Source: the human T2T-CHM13v2.0 reference genome, Homo sapiens. Taken from it: a stretch of 64,000 nt of DNA. The first letter of the stretch is position 1. The number at the start of each line of letters is the position of its first letter. Location of the stretch: the NCBI RefSeq assembly GCF_009914755.1, contig NC_060929.1. One strand, written 5' to 3'. Below are positions 29,143 to 42,550 of the stretch, in pieces. The notes below the pieces were generated by a model. That model made no database searches, was not told the DNA's origin, and was given only the letters and a program-made list of their open reading frames with translations. A program made the position numbers and the translations under genes.

Positions 29143-29724
29143 TAACCATTTGCAATTGAAGGGGGCATCAAAAGTTACAATTGCTATGTGGGTGAGGTAA
29201 TGCAATTAACACTTTTATCTCTTGTCTAAACTGATATTCAATTGTCTATTTAGTTATATGCCAAAAGAACTAATGAAAGAAGTCATGGGCCAGGTAATTT
29301 TGAAGTAAGATATCTGTGCATGCAATTACTTATAAGGAGAATTCACAAAGCACATGTATCCTAAAGAGCCAAACTGCAATTTAACCACCCTGGATATATA
29401 AAAGAATAGTGAATGGAAATAAACATGGGGAAGGATTATTGGAGGTGGATAAGTAGGTACTACAAACAAAATTTTCCTATGTATTGCGTGTCCAATGGAT
29501 AGCCCAGAAATCAGTTCATCTGCTTCTGAATGTGGAATTCTGCACTCCATAGAATTGTTTGTTTTGTTTTTTGTAAAAATTACCTTAAACTAGAACTTTA
29601 CAAATCATTTTAATTACATGTGTGATACACAAATGTATTGTTCTATAATATTAGCTATTACAGATAAAACCAAAGTGCCCTTTATCCCCCTTTATCCTTC
29701 TCTAGATGTGGTTATGTCTATTGA

Positions 29725-30277
<553 letters not shown>

Positions 30278-30294
30278 AATCATGAGTTTATTTT

Positions 30295-30720
30295 TATATC
30301 ATATACATATTTTTATAGTTTTCTCAACAATATAATTTTGACATGTTTCCGTGTTACTAAACACATATCTATCTACCCTTCTTAGCTACTGAATATGGAT
30401 ACACTATAGTTTATGTGACCATTCCCTTTTTATCCAGCACTTGGGTTTTTTTTCCCCAATATATTTATATTAAAAACAATGTAGCAACAAACATCTTTTT
30501 ACAAACTCCCTTGAGCTCACATGATTGTGTTTTCATCATGAATAAGCTGATAAATAGACTTCCTGTGTCTTTGAATGTGTATGTGATTGTATATACACAT
30601 AGTTGTGTATATAATTGTATGAGACACTGCCATATTGTTCTCCACAATGTGTAGATTTATACTTTTGTCAGTGTTGTATAATATTTCCAATTATCTGTAC
30701 CCTTGCTAACACTTGACTTT
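30295..30720 (-). mobile_element. Ancient L1ME 3' fragment
   Basis: attaaaaacaatgtagcaacaaacatctt; actgccatattgttctccacaatg; accttgctaacacttg-like motif. Confidence 0.6.
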
Positions 30721-33700
30721 ATGATATAAAATGACACTAGACTTTTATTTCTTTAGTCAGTCATAACTGGAAGAGATGATGCAAGGTTAAAGTGATTTCT
30801 AAACAGAAATTTCAGGGTCTTGTTTGTCCAGTGCCCCACACAAACTCCTCTGAACATTCTCGACGAAATACATGTTCCTAGTGAGCTCCATCAGACAACA
30901 AGCTGAGCAAATTATTGGGACATATGCAGTGCCCTGAAGGTCACTATCTTTGAACAAGTGTAGATATGGCACTTTATAGTATGAGAGCTTTGCCTAGAAA
31001 TATCGTTTCAAATATAGAACTTTCCTCTAGTGATCTCTAAATTCAGCAGGGCTCTTAGGAAAACAAGTGGCTTCTTTAGTTGGTAGAATAAAACAGTACT
31101 TTCCAGTTGTATCCAGGAGCACTCAGAGATCGTGGCTGTTTTGTTCCCGTTGTGTTTGTGAGGCATCCATGCTGGGGGAATTTCAACGAACCAGCTGCTG
31201 CCACAGACAGCTGGAGCCAGCCCACCTCTCTCTCTCTCTCTCTTTCTCTTTTAGCAACCTCTCCTGGAAGACTATAGGATCCCTGGAAGGTTTTCTTCCC
31301 TAGCACCATGATGTGTATATAGTGAATTTTATTTCCACTTTCTACAGCTCCCAGTCATGTTCAAAGTCCCAAATGTCTTGGTTTATTTCATGGCTGTATT
31401 CAAGCAGAACTGCTTGTGAAATTAATGAAAGAAACACTGATGGAACAGAAGTAAAAAGGACAAAGCATTTTCCCATCCATTCCCACTTTCATACTCAGAG
31501 AGGTACACCACAAAGTAAACAGGGCTCATGTGTCCCTTGAGTTTTCTGAGGCAATAAAGACCCCTTTGCTCTCTATGTGGGAACAGGACTAATTTTGTGT
31601 CCATGTTTATTGTAGACACTAAGTGGAAAGCATATTCTCTTGCAACAAGATGTATCATGTCACATCCACTTTTTCTAATGGTCGAAAAACAGTCTGGGAC
31701 CCGGCTGAGTCAGAATACAGGAATCTTTTGATGCAAAATAATTTCCTTGTCACTTTATTAAATCTTTGTGAAGTTCCATCTTAATAAATTAACATGTAAA
31801 GGATGAACATTTTCCAACCTTGGTGGATATAGACTGCTTGTATTTAATTAAAAACATTGATGGCTCCAGAAACAGGATTTGGTGCCCAGAGTGAGAGTTC
31901 TCCTAACGGAGCCCTGGAACTTGGACACAATTTTTGGCTTGGGGCTGTCAGTTCTCTTTTCTCCTGATTGCATCTCTCTGTAGAATATCATTTATCTTAA
32001 GAGAGCCTAATGTCATACGTCTATGGTGCAATAAGCATAGCTACATAAAACTGTGGATTGAGAAAGGATTGAAACTGAGTTCAAAATATATATAAAGATT
32101 AAAAGGACACTTCTTTTTCCACAATAGTCCTTTAGGGAATAATTGTAATTACCATTTATTCCAATTTCCATAGCTTAGTTTTTGGCATCGTTTTGCAGAG
32201 TGTGAGAAATTCACAGACTGAATGTGCAGTGTTCAAACTTATAACCTTGAGGATGGTTACTGTCAAGTTTAGCGTCAACTCAGTACTTTCCCCCATTCCT
32301 CTGGGTATTCTCTTTTATGTCATTTGTGTACATGCCTCTATTTTCTAGTAAATGTTAAGCTTCTGTTAAAACCTAGATAATATTTTATTCAACTTTATGT
32401 ATTTTCCAACTTATCTTCTAACACAGTGTGTTGGAATCAGAAGCAGTTCAATAAATATTGGTTAGAGGGAGAAATAGAGGACAGTGTTTCACAAAGTGAG
32501 CTACCTAACATGATTACAGGCAGTAAAATAAGTATTTTCATGATAATACTATGATAATTATTTTGTGCTTATTATTAGAAATCACATAGCTTCTGATCAG
32601 ATCTGCAACTTCAATGTTATTTTAGAAGTTAAAATGCAGACAAATTTCAAAGAATAAATATTAATATTAAATATTAAAATAGGTTTTATGTGAATATGAG
32701 AAAAATTGTGGCACTGGTATATTTCAATAGCAACAACATGAGAAAACTCAAGGGTCCATATGTTACCTGTAGTTGTTATTATCTGTGAGTTTTAGCTCAC
32801 AGATAATTAAAAAAAAAAAAAAAGACAATATGCTGAAGTCAATTTCAGAACCAAGAGTAGAACCCAGGACTCAAATTATACTGGGATATTGAGCTTCTAA
32901 CTACTATAAATCTTGACTTTCTCATCTAGAAAAGAAACTGATTGGACTAAACTGGGTAGTCGCTCCTGTGCCTGTAACTCCAAAAATAAGAACCAAATAA
33001 TAGTATTCAATGGTGTTCATGGGTACTTTAAAGAGCCATTTATTTGTTGCATTGTTATGTTTTTTTCTCTGCAATTTCTGTATTCATTCTCAATTTATAC
33101 AGCATGGCTCTGATCCAGTTTGCTGCCAACCACTATACAATTTATCTCTTTATTATATAGGCCAGAATGTGAGGATAAATTTAATTTTGGGCTCTGGCAA
33201 GTCAGATCTTGATATGCTATGGTTCCCCTGGTAGTAATTTAAACAAGTTTCAGTGTCCTTTCAGCGTATATGAATGTAGGTGCTTTTTTACATTTCTTCA
33301 CCTGCAGAAATGGAAGTTTTAGATAACACTTTTCTCTTGGTAAATAACACATTTTATGTAACCAGTTTATCCTCCCATATGTTTCTCATGGTGATATCTT
33401 TCTATTAAGGACTTTTTGAGCACTTAAAGGCCTGCTTCATCAATAAAACTAGATTTATATTGCTTTCACGAGTTCTAAAGTAGTAAATGCTTTAAACAAG
33501 GTTTATGGTAAATATAATTGAATTATAGATCCAAAGTTCATATTTATAGAGGAATTATGTTACTGGAAGCCTATAGAAAATGTAGTTGATGATAGCTAAT
33601 AGAATATTTCACGTTAGGTACAACCACACCAACCTGTAGTCCTGCTTGATATTAATGTTCATATCCTCTTCTTTCCTAAAGTATATTTTCTAGAAATAGA

Positions 33701-34569
33701 GACATTTTCAATTAAACTGCATACATTTTTCTTAGATTTTCATCTTTTTCTCTGACTCTAACTTTCTTAACATGTCACTCAGTGGGAACTGTTAGAATGG
33801 CTAACTATAAGAAGGTTCCTCTTTGCTACATTTCAAGTCTGTTTAAACTCTAAAATGAACAGACAATTTTACTTTATTCTTTGCATGAAATGACATGAAT
33901 TAGAACAGTCTAATATGAAATATAATTGCTCTAGCAATGCTTGCAACTGGCCTTTGAGGAATAGTGTTTGAAGATCTCAGTGGGACATTAATTCAGTTGA
34001 AATTGTGTCCCTCAGGTCAGCCCCAACTTCCCAATTTTTCTTTAGTGATATAGTAGGACACTGTAGAAGTATGTTCACAATCAAATTTACTCCCCTAAGC
34101 AGATGATACAGCAAATCTTTTATTCACCTAGGTCAGTTGGCATGATCTAAGCAAAATGCCTTATTAGATGAAATGTTCCCAATTGCTCACTGGATTAATA
34201 CAAATCTGTTTATCTGAATCTACAGCTGGCAGTGTAAACCCTTTTGTGAGTTCATTGCTAACCCTCTAAAAAAGAAGGTCACATTGCTGAAGTGGGAAAA
34301 AGAAAGAAGACAGGGAAGCAATACAGTTCTTTCAGACAAATGGGGCACACTTTTGAACAACCCGGCAAAGCAACTGAGTGGAGACCGTATATCCCAAAAG
34401 TACAAGTAAGAAAGCATGATTGTATCAATTGTATCCTTGAGAATCCAAAATATCAATTCCCCTCTTAAAACCTTTAGACCAGCAACTTAGAATTCCCAGT
34501 CATTTTTTTATTCATTTAATTGTCTTAATTGTCTATTTCACTTTGGCAGCAAAGCATAGTCACACAGAA

Positions 34570-34820
34570 AACATACATATATGTAGGGTCTACCATGAAC
34601 CACTCATTACCTTAAGCATAATTACATATATTTTCTTATTGAATCTACTTGGTAACAATATGAATAAACTGTTATCCATATTTTCCAAATGAGACAAAAC
34701 TGAGGTGCAAGGAGACACAGTAATCTTTCCCAAGGTCATGGTACTATAAGGTCAAAAAATTAGGGCTTTAACATGGACTAGTATGGCTCCAAGGCCTGTG
34801 TTCTCTATACTGCATCATGC
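34570..34820 (-). mobile_element. MIR SINE
   Basis: ttttccaaatgagacaaaactgaggtgcaaggagacacagtaatctttcccaaggtcatgg. Confidence 0.7.
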
Positions 34821-35065
34821 TTCTCAAAAAAATTTACTATTTTTATTAGTTACAAACAATAGAACCTAAGCAACTTCATATGATTTAACCTAATAAGTTT
34901 GCAGTTGTCAAACCAGGTGGTGCACAGAACACATTTATTTCATATGATTGCTGGCAACACAAGAAGGGCTCGGTTTGGGGGACCACAAAACCTCAATTAG
35001 TAGCTTTGGCTGATTTTAAGGGAATGTTTTGTATAATAACCTATTACTTTTGAACAAGGTATAGG

Positions 35066-35230
35066 CCAATGTTTCCCAAGCTTTTATGGGCATACAATCA
35101 CCAGGGGATCTTGCTAATGTACAGATTAGGATTCAGTAGGTCCATGGTGGAGTCTGAAATTCTGCAGTTGTAGCAAGCTCCCAGGCGATGCCAATGTTGC
35201 TGGTCTGGGAACCACACTTTGAGTAGCAAG
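35066..35230. mobile_element. MER5A hAT MITE
   Basis: aatcaccaggggatcttg...gattcagtaggtc...caagctcccaggcgatgccaatgttgctggtctgggaaccacactttgagtagc. Confidence 0.9.
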
Positions 35231-35689
35231 AGATTAGGCAACTATTCTTAAAAATAAGTATTCATTCTTTAAGAATAGTCTGGCACCAGTAGCAGCTGTC
35301 TCTAGCCTGCAAAGTTGCTAAGTGTCATTTGTGCCATGCCTTGCTTTCTGAAGCCAAGAAATTAAGAACCAGGACCTCTGGACTCTGTGTAAAATGCACC
35401 ACAGCACACCTCCTGGCTCTGATCTCTTCCTAACAGGAAGTACTTCCAGGCCTAAATAAGTAGGAAGTATTTAGAGAAATAATCCCCCTCATTCCAGCTA
35501 GATACCACCAACTCTGTGATAATTTATGTTAGTTGTAAGCAGTGAGAAAAAAACAAGATTAAAAATTTCCAGTTATAAAGTAAGCAAATAATTAATGAGT
35601 TAGTAATCTTGAGAAGCTATATTATTAATTTGGTAATGAAGACACTGAAAACTAAGACTAATTATGATTATAATTACTTTGTAAAGACT

Positions 35690-38150
35690 ATAGGTTATTA
35701 CTTATTTGTCTTTTGCTGAATAACACACCACCTTAAAATTTAATGGCTTAAAATAATAAATATTAAATATTGCTCAGAATTCATTAGGATATCTACACTG
35801 GGTCAGCTAGGGCTGAGTGGAATAGTATGGTCTCACTTACAGTACTGAGACCTCAACTGAGACTGCTCTGTCATCTTGGAGCTGGGACCTCTCTCTCTGT
35901 GATCCCTCATCCTCAGGAAGATATACGGGATTCATTTTTCATTCTTCTATTTTTATTTTTTTTCTAGTATTACTGAACTGGCTGGAATTTTCAGTAAAAT
36001 GCTGAATATGAATATTGATAGTAGAGCCCTTGTTTTTTTCCTGATTTAAAGGGAAATCTTTCAACATTTCCCATTGAGAATATTTTTTGTAGAGACTCTT
36101 TATCAGGTTTTTAAAAAAGTTGTCTTTACCTAGTTTTCTAAGAGGTTTTTTCCTTATTTTTTCAAATACCGTGTGTTCTGACTTACATATGCCCAATGTT
36201 AGTGGAACTAAACTCATAAAAATGGGATTCTTCACAGGGTGATTCCAGAGTTCCCAGGAGCAAAAGAGGGGAGGTGTCAGTGTGGAAGCTGTTTTTTAAT
36301 CATCTTCTTGCATAGTGTTTTCTTATATCCCATTGTCAAGGCAAGTCATGAGGTGAAGCTAAAATTCAAGGGATGGAGGCATAGACTTCACTTGCTGGGA
36401 GGGGCTGTGAAATATTGAGAGCATCTTTTCAATTGAATACATTTTGCTTTCTGACTACAATTAGTGATACTCCATCCACAGGTAAAATATGCTTATACCC
36501 ATCTCAGGATCCCTCAAAGTCTTATCCAATGTTGTCATCAGGTCTTAATGCAGATGAGGCCCCTTGCATGGAGTTCTTCTTGATTCAGAAACCTGTGAAC
36601 TAAAAATACAAGTTATCTACTTTCTATCTATCCCACATACAATGTTGGACAGGGACTGATTAACTGCAACAGACACTTCTACTCAAAAAGATGAAGAAAA
36701 GGAAGGGCATGGCAGTCACTGATTCATAGCAATTCTGAAATCCAGCCAGGCTCATATTAGCAGGTCTCACTATTTGCGGGGCAAAAGATGATTTCTGATT
36801 AGGGCCCAGTTCTGGTCTTCATGATTTACTCTCTAACACTGCATTTCCATATGGCTTTTGGCTCCACTCTCGGTTTTTCACTCTGCTCATTGAGACATCC
36901 TTCTTTTTCCACAAGAAATGGCTCCTATTTGCAGCTGAGTAATTTTCACCTTGCTTCTTACAGTAGCAAATGCAAAGGCCACTGGTCTTCTTTTAAATAT
37001 AAATTATCTTTGTTCCTTTTAGTCTAAGACTGGTTACCTATTGATCTGATTCAGGTTCACTCCATGGCCTGAAAGCCACATTCCTTTTGTTTGTTTGTTT
37101 TATTTTTAAAGACCAGCCTCTATTTGGTGCCATGGGTCAAATTGGCATGACACAATACTCTTAGGTTCCTAGACCTTTAATCCAGCTATGTCTTCAAGAG
37201 AACTCTAACAACAGATCTTATAGTCACTTCCTTGACTTCACTTTTGGCTCTGCACCTTGTTTCACATTTTAATAGAGTTATTTTTGTAAGATAGAGAGAC
37301 CATTTTATTTTCCGACCATGCAAGTCCTGGCTTCTAAATTCTGCTGCAAGTTGAATAGTTCCTTCTGTAGCTCATTGACATCTTCCTCAATTTTATTATT
37401 CACAGCCATAAACATCCGCTGACACTTTCAACATTCTAGTTGCAGATTTCCTTAGCCAAAATCCAAAAGTTCACTAGGTACACTCTCAGTTTTCCAAATT
37501 ATCACAAGCAACAGTTTTTCTAATTTGTTTTGCTGCTATATCATGAGTTGCTATTTTTTTAGTATTCTTTAGAAATTTTCATGCCATTTTTTTTCCAGGC
37601 TTCACTAACAGTTTAACTACCCATTTTTCTAGACTTTATTAATGCTTTATTCACAATTTTCCAGTCTTTTCCTGTTCCATGGTCTGAAATTCAATGCCAT
37701 GCACTTTAGATTTGTGTTCAATACCACCTACTTCCAGTATCATTTTATGCCTTAGCTGTTGCTGTAAAACAAATCACTCTAACACCTAGCAGCTTAAAGC
37801 AACATACGTTTATTCTTTTTCAAAATTCTGTGGATTTTCTGGATCATTCTTACGTTCTGAGTTCTTAGCTGGGACGGTTGAGAGTTTATGAATGCCTGGA
37901 GCTCTTTCCACAAGATTTCTCACCCATGGAAGGCTTGTCTTGGCTTCTGCCCATGATGGTCTCAGGGATCCTAGTAGCAAGAAAGGGCAAGCCCCAAGGT
38001 GATATAGTATGTTTTAAAACACTGCTTGCATCACATTTGCTAATATCTTATTAAAAAATTAAGGTAACATGGGCAAAGAGAGATTCAAGGGGTAGAGACA
38101 TAGACTTTGTGTCTTGAAGAATGGATCTGTAAAATACTGATTTTTTTCCT
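35690..38150 (-). mobile_element. Two-LTR MaLR element (MLT1H/I-like LTR, internal region, LTR)
   Basis: Two homologous LTRs (about 35690-36430 and 37745-38150) sharing gcttaaa..aa, aaattcaagggatggaggcatagact / agattcaaggggtagagacatagact; MLT-int-like sequence between them. Confidence 0.7.
35934..36223. mobile_element. Short L1-derived insert within the MLT1 LTR
   Basis: Minus-strand L1M ORF2-like sequence (ttcctgatttaaagggaaatctttcaacatttcccattgag); flanked by gggattc direct repeats. Confidence 0.65.
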
Positions 38151-39539
38151 TCTATCTATTATTCTAGATTCCAAAGAAATATACTCTTACTCTACTTGAA
38201 AACTATTTAAAGAAATAAAATTTATTTTTAACATAGAATATTAGAATTGACATTTCATGAAACATACACAAATATATATAGAAATAGCTATAGCTATGCA
38301 TAATATATATATACATATATACACTTATACACACACATAGGTGCGTGCATATGTGTGTGTGTGTATTCCTAAATCAGATGTCTCTCTTCTGAATAAAAAG
38401 CATTAGATTCTTATCTTCTTCCAGAATTTCTGTGCAATTTTTTCTCCATTCTCTTTTACAGTTATACTCTACCTTAATTCATTCTATTTAGCTAAGGAAC
38501 TTTTAAGATGGGAATTTAGTTACTCAAAATCATATTATTTATATAAAAAATTTAGCATCAAATTTGCATGCATTCTGTAGGTCAAATCATCAATTATTTT
38601 TATACATAATTACATAATAAATTCCATATTATAAATGTTCTTTTAAGAACACCATTCCTACAATAAGTACAGTGTTTACTTTCTACATGTAAATTTAAGT
38701 TAGGTAAAATGTTAACAAACGTAGAATTGAGTTTGTTACCTTCAGTTACCAGAATTTGTCTGGAGTATTCTAATTTAAATTATACATTTAAATATTTCCA
38801 AGCAAAATAAATAATTTTTACATAATTGGAATTTATTTCCACCTAAAAAGTAGCCAATCGCTTCAATATTGAAAATTTAATTCATTTAGAAAGAGAAGTA
38901 TACTTCTAATCATAGAATTTATCCATTACTCTGCTCACATTTGGAATACTTGAATATGGAAATATTTTGACAATATAATTACAAAGAAGTATGTGATTTT
39001 TATTTCTCCATGATATATTGAATTTATCGAATGTTGCCATTTTTCAAGGAGACTGTCATAAAAGGAAAATGACGTGAGAGAACTGGAAATATTGGAAAGA
39101 AAATATTGATGAAGGATATACCACAGATTCTAAGCTGAAAAGGAAAGTGAATGGTAGAAATTGATTGAGATAGAGAAAGTACAAGGTTAATGGGACAAAA
39201 TAACTCAGAAATGGTCTTAAAAAGAATAAGAAGGAAAACAGAAGTGGAGAATATGTAAATGAGACAATTATAGATGTGTTTCTCAGAATATCTCCCTGTT
39301 AATATTTCTCATTTGACTGCCACTTTGTTTTCAATTTTAAAATGTAGTAGAATATATGTATCTCTCATTACAAAAGTTTTCATCAAATGTTTATAAGGTA
39401 AAATTTTTATTTATGCTCTTGTAACAGTATAATATTTAAAATATATTAATCTTTGTTTAATTCCTATTTTTATCATCTACATGATTGCACAAGAAGTGCA
39501 AAAAGAGCCAAATAATTAAACAATGTTTGTTTTAAATTC

Positions 39540-40755
39540 AACAATGACCCCTCATCTCTCATTTCCCACTCTCACTTTTTTGGCCATATAAGCTAAAAAT
39601 AGTGTTTGTTTTTCTATTTTAAGCATTATCTATTGACCTCCCACTGTGGATGAGGATTTTCTCTTTCATCCCTTCTTAATTGCCAGCACACACATGTGTC
39701 CTTTTCATAATCCTATACCTGCTAAATATTGTAAATTAGGTTAGATCAACATGCAATATTTACATTAACTCATTATTATTACTACATAGGATCTCTATTC
39801 ACCATCATCTGGGGAAAATATCCTTTGTCTCTTGTTTGTATTGTGTCTCTTGTATCTTGTCTCCCACGTCTTCTTCCTTTCTTGGTTTACTCTCTCATTG
39901 TGGGAGATAATAGCCTACTATAACTTCCTGAAAAAATATACGTGGGATTTTGGGAGGTTTTCTTGCATGATGATATTTTGGCTAGGCAAACTGTACTCTG
40001 TTGGAAATAATTTCTCTTCAGAATTTTGACGGCATTGGCTCACTACTTTCTAGTTTCAGAATTTGTTATTCAAAAGGCCCAAGCCATTCTGATAGCCTAA
40101 TTCCTGTGGAAATCTAAATCGTCTCCCCTCTCTAGCCCCTGTGGAAGTTTGTAAAAGATCCTTAGTTCTCTGAAATTTCATAGTGATTTAACTTTGTATG
40201 ATTTATTTTAGCCATGTGTGTAGGTAATTATAAGGCCTTTCAATATGATAATTAAAGTCCTTTAGTTCATGAAATAATTTTGAATTGTTTCATAAATGAT
40301 TTTCTCTATTTGTTTTACTCTTGTCATTCTTTCTGGAATTTCTTGTATTCAGATGTTGAACTTTTCCAATTATTTGTTTAATTTTTGTAAGATTTTCTCA
40401 TATATTTTTCCATGTATGTTTTTTTTGGCTCTACTTAATGGGATTTTTTTTTTACTAAGTTTGTCAGCATTCTATGAGTTTTCCTTTCTGTTATCACTTT
40501 TTTACAAAATATTCAAAAGCTCCTTTTGGATCATTGAGTGTCCTTTATAGATAGATAGATAGATATCTAGATATACACACACATTTATATATATACATTT
40601 ATATATAATTACATATATTCTGAAATTTCTTTGTGTGTATATATGTATGTTCTTGCTTCATGGATGCAATATATTCTCTTATTTATCTAAAGACATTAAT
40701 AGTTTATTTGAAAAATTGTTAGATTTGCATAATATGTTTTATGTTGCTTTTGTTT

Positions 40756-40800
<45 letters not shown>

Positions 40801-41390
40801 TTGTCATTGTAAATTTTATACTAGGAATTTCTCAAATATTGTTCTTCACTTATTTTGGTCTTTGATTTTTTATTATAGGCTTTTTTCAGATAGTGAATAA
40901 TCCATAAATTTCTACTCATATTATACCGTATAACACTGAATAGATAATTGAAATCCCATGGACTTGCTGACTGAATTTCACTAATGAGTGCACTGCCTGT
41001 GCTTTTCCTTCGGTAGACATAAGATGCCCATCACTTTGTGCCTTTTCCTTGTAAGGTCTAATTCACTAGAGAAGAATGTGTCAACGTTCTTGCTAGCATT
41101 CTGTAAGCCAACTGGCAAAAGAGGAGGGTTCAGGAGCCTCAGGAATTGGTATGTAAATATCCACTTAATGCCACCTTCACCTCCCTCATTTTCAGTAGAG
41201 TATCCCTATCCACAACTATGCCTAATTTTTCCTACTCCAGAGGCTCTCTATTTTACCCTCTGGAGAGAACAAACCTCCAGAGTTCTGCTGAAGTATAGGA
41301 AGGTTGGTTTCTTGGCTAATGGAACTGAGGGTGGGGATTGGATCAGAGATATGCAAAGCCCATTAGGGGACCTCCTTGGTTTCAACTAAA
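39540..41390 (-). mobile_element. HAL1/L1ME-like ancient LINE
   Basis: ggaaataatttctcttcagaattttgacggcattggctcactactttctagtttcag; ttctctgaaatttcatagtga. Confidence 0.65.
40759..40793. repeat. (TG)n microsatellite
   Basis: Direct reading of the sequence. Confidence 0.95.
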
Positions 41391-42164
41391 CATTCAGCTT
41401 CACAACACATAGGCCACACTTGTACCAAGCTACTCAGAATGATATAAGCAGGAAACACAGCTTGGAAGGAGGGCAGTATCAGGCATTCCTTCAAAAAGAG
41501 TCCTTGCAGCAGCTCACATGGCAGTTCACATCCAGTAGCTACTGTTATCCCAGATCACAACTGGAGGGCTAGGAGGTAAGTCCGTGTTAGGAGGTGCAAG
41601 AGTCACTTTGGCTGAAAAGACCCATGACTCATAGCATAACTTCCAGAGTTGCATGAAAAACTTACCAGCCATTACACTCAGAATAGGCCAAAGCTACATC
41701 CAATCCAGATGTAGTTTATCAGGAGTCATTGCATTCTAAGCAATGTTGCCTGATAACATGGTTAATATATTATTTTTATCAAGTTTCCAGAGGATCAGAG
41801 TTAGACAGTTAAATAAAGTGTAAATTCTGAAGCCCAAAGAAATAGCTTTTATTAAGGCTTTATCCAGACAATCTAATTGCTTCTTTTACTTTTTATTTTT
41901 ATTTTTTAATGAAGCAGGAAGGAAAAGAGAAAGTATGAGTAGAAATATGGGGATAGAGGCAAATTAACAAAGAGTGAAGATAAGGGCATTTCTGTCTATT
42001 TCTTCATTTTCCAGGAAGTATGAGGTAAGAACACCATCGTAGGGAAAGGATAGATAAGGAAGTGAGTGATTTGTGGGAGGAAAAAGTGTGAAGTAGCATT
42101 TTGGTAAAGTATATAAGGAGTATCCTAACTCCTCCAAAATATATTATGGTCAGTAATTTTTTTA

Positions 42165-42550
42165 TTTAAGAGTATTGGTGTATTACTTATAGCAGATGAA
42201 ATACAATAATGTGTATAATGGTCTGAATACAATAGAAGTCGATTTCATGCTCATATAATTGAATTAGGCAGGAAGACAAGGTGGTGGCAGGACCCTCTTC
42301 CATGTAGTCAAGTTGGGACTCAGACTGGCAGAACCACTGCCGTCTTCAAACTTAACTTCCAAAGTTATTGGGTCTTCTTTCTTCCAGCCAGAATGGAAGA
42401 ATGCAAATGAGAATTTTCTTTGCGTTAGGCCTGGAAGTGACAGCTCTCCCTGCAAATGAGCACACCTAATTGCAAGCAAGGCTGAGAAATATCCAGCTAT
42501 GTGCCCAGTGTACTAAGGAGAGCATGGATTTTGTTGTACAGTTAGTGAGC
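42165..42550 (-). mobile_element. MaLR solo LTR (MLT1J-like)
   Basis: aggcctggaagtgac...cacacctaattgcaagcaaggctgagaaatatccagctatgtgcccag. Confidence 0.75.

Noticed and set aside
35241-35279. 12-bp AT-rich inverted repeat
   Set aside because: Low complexity; plausible by chance in AT-rich DNA.
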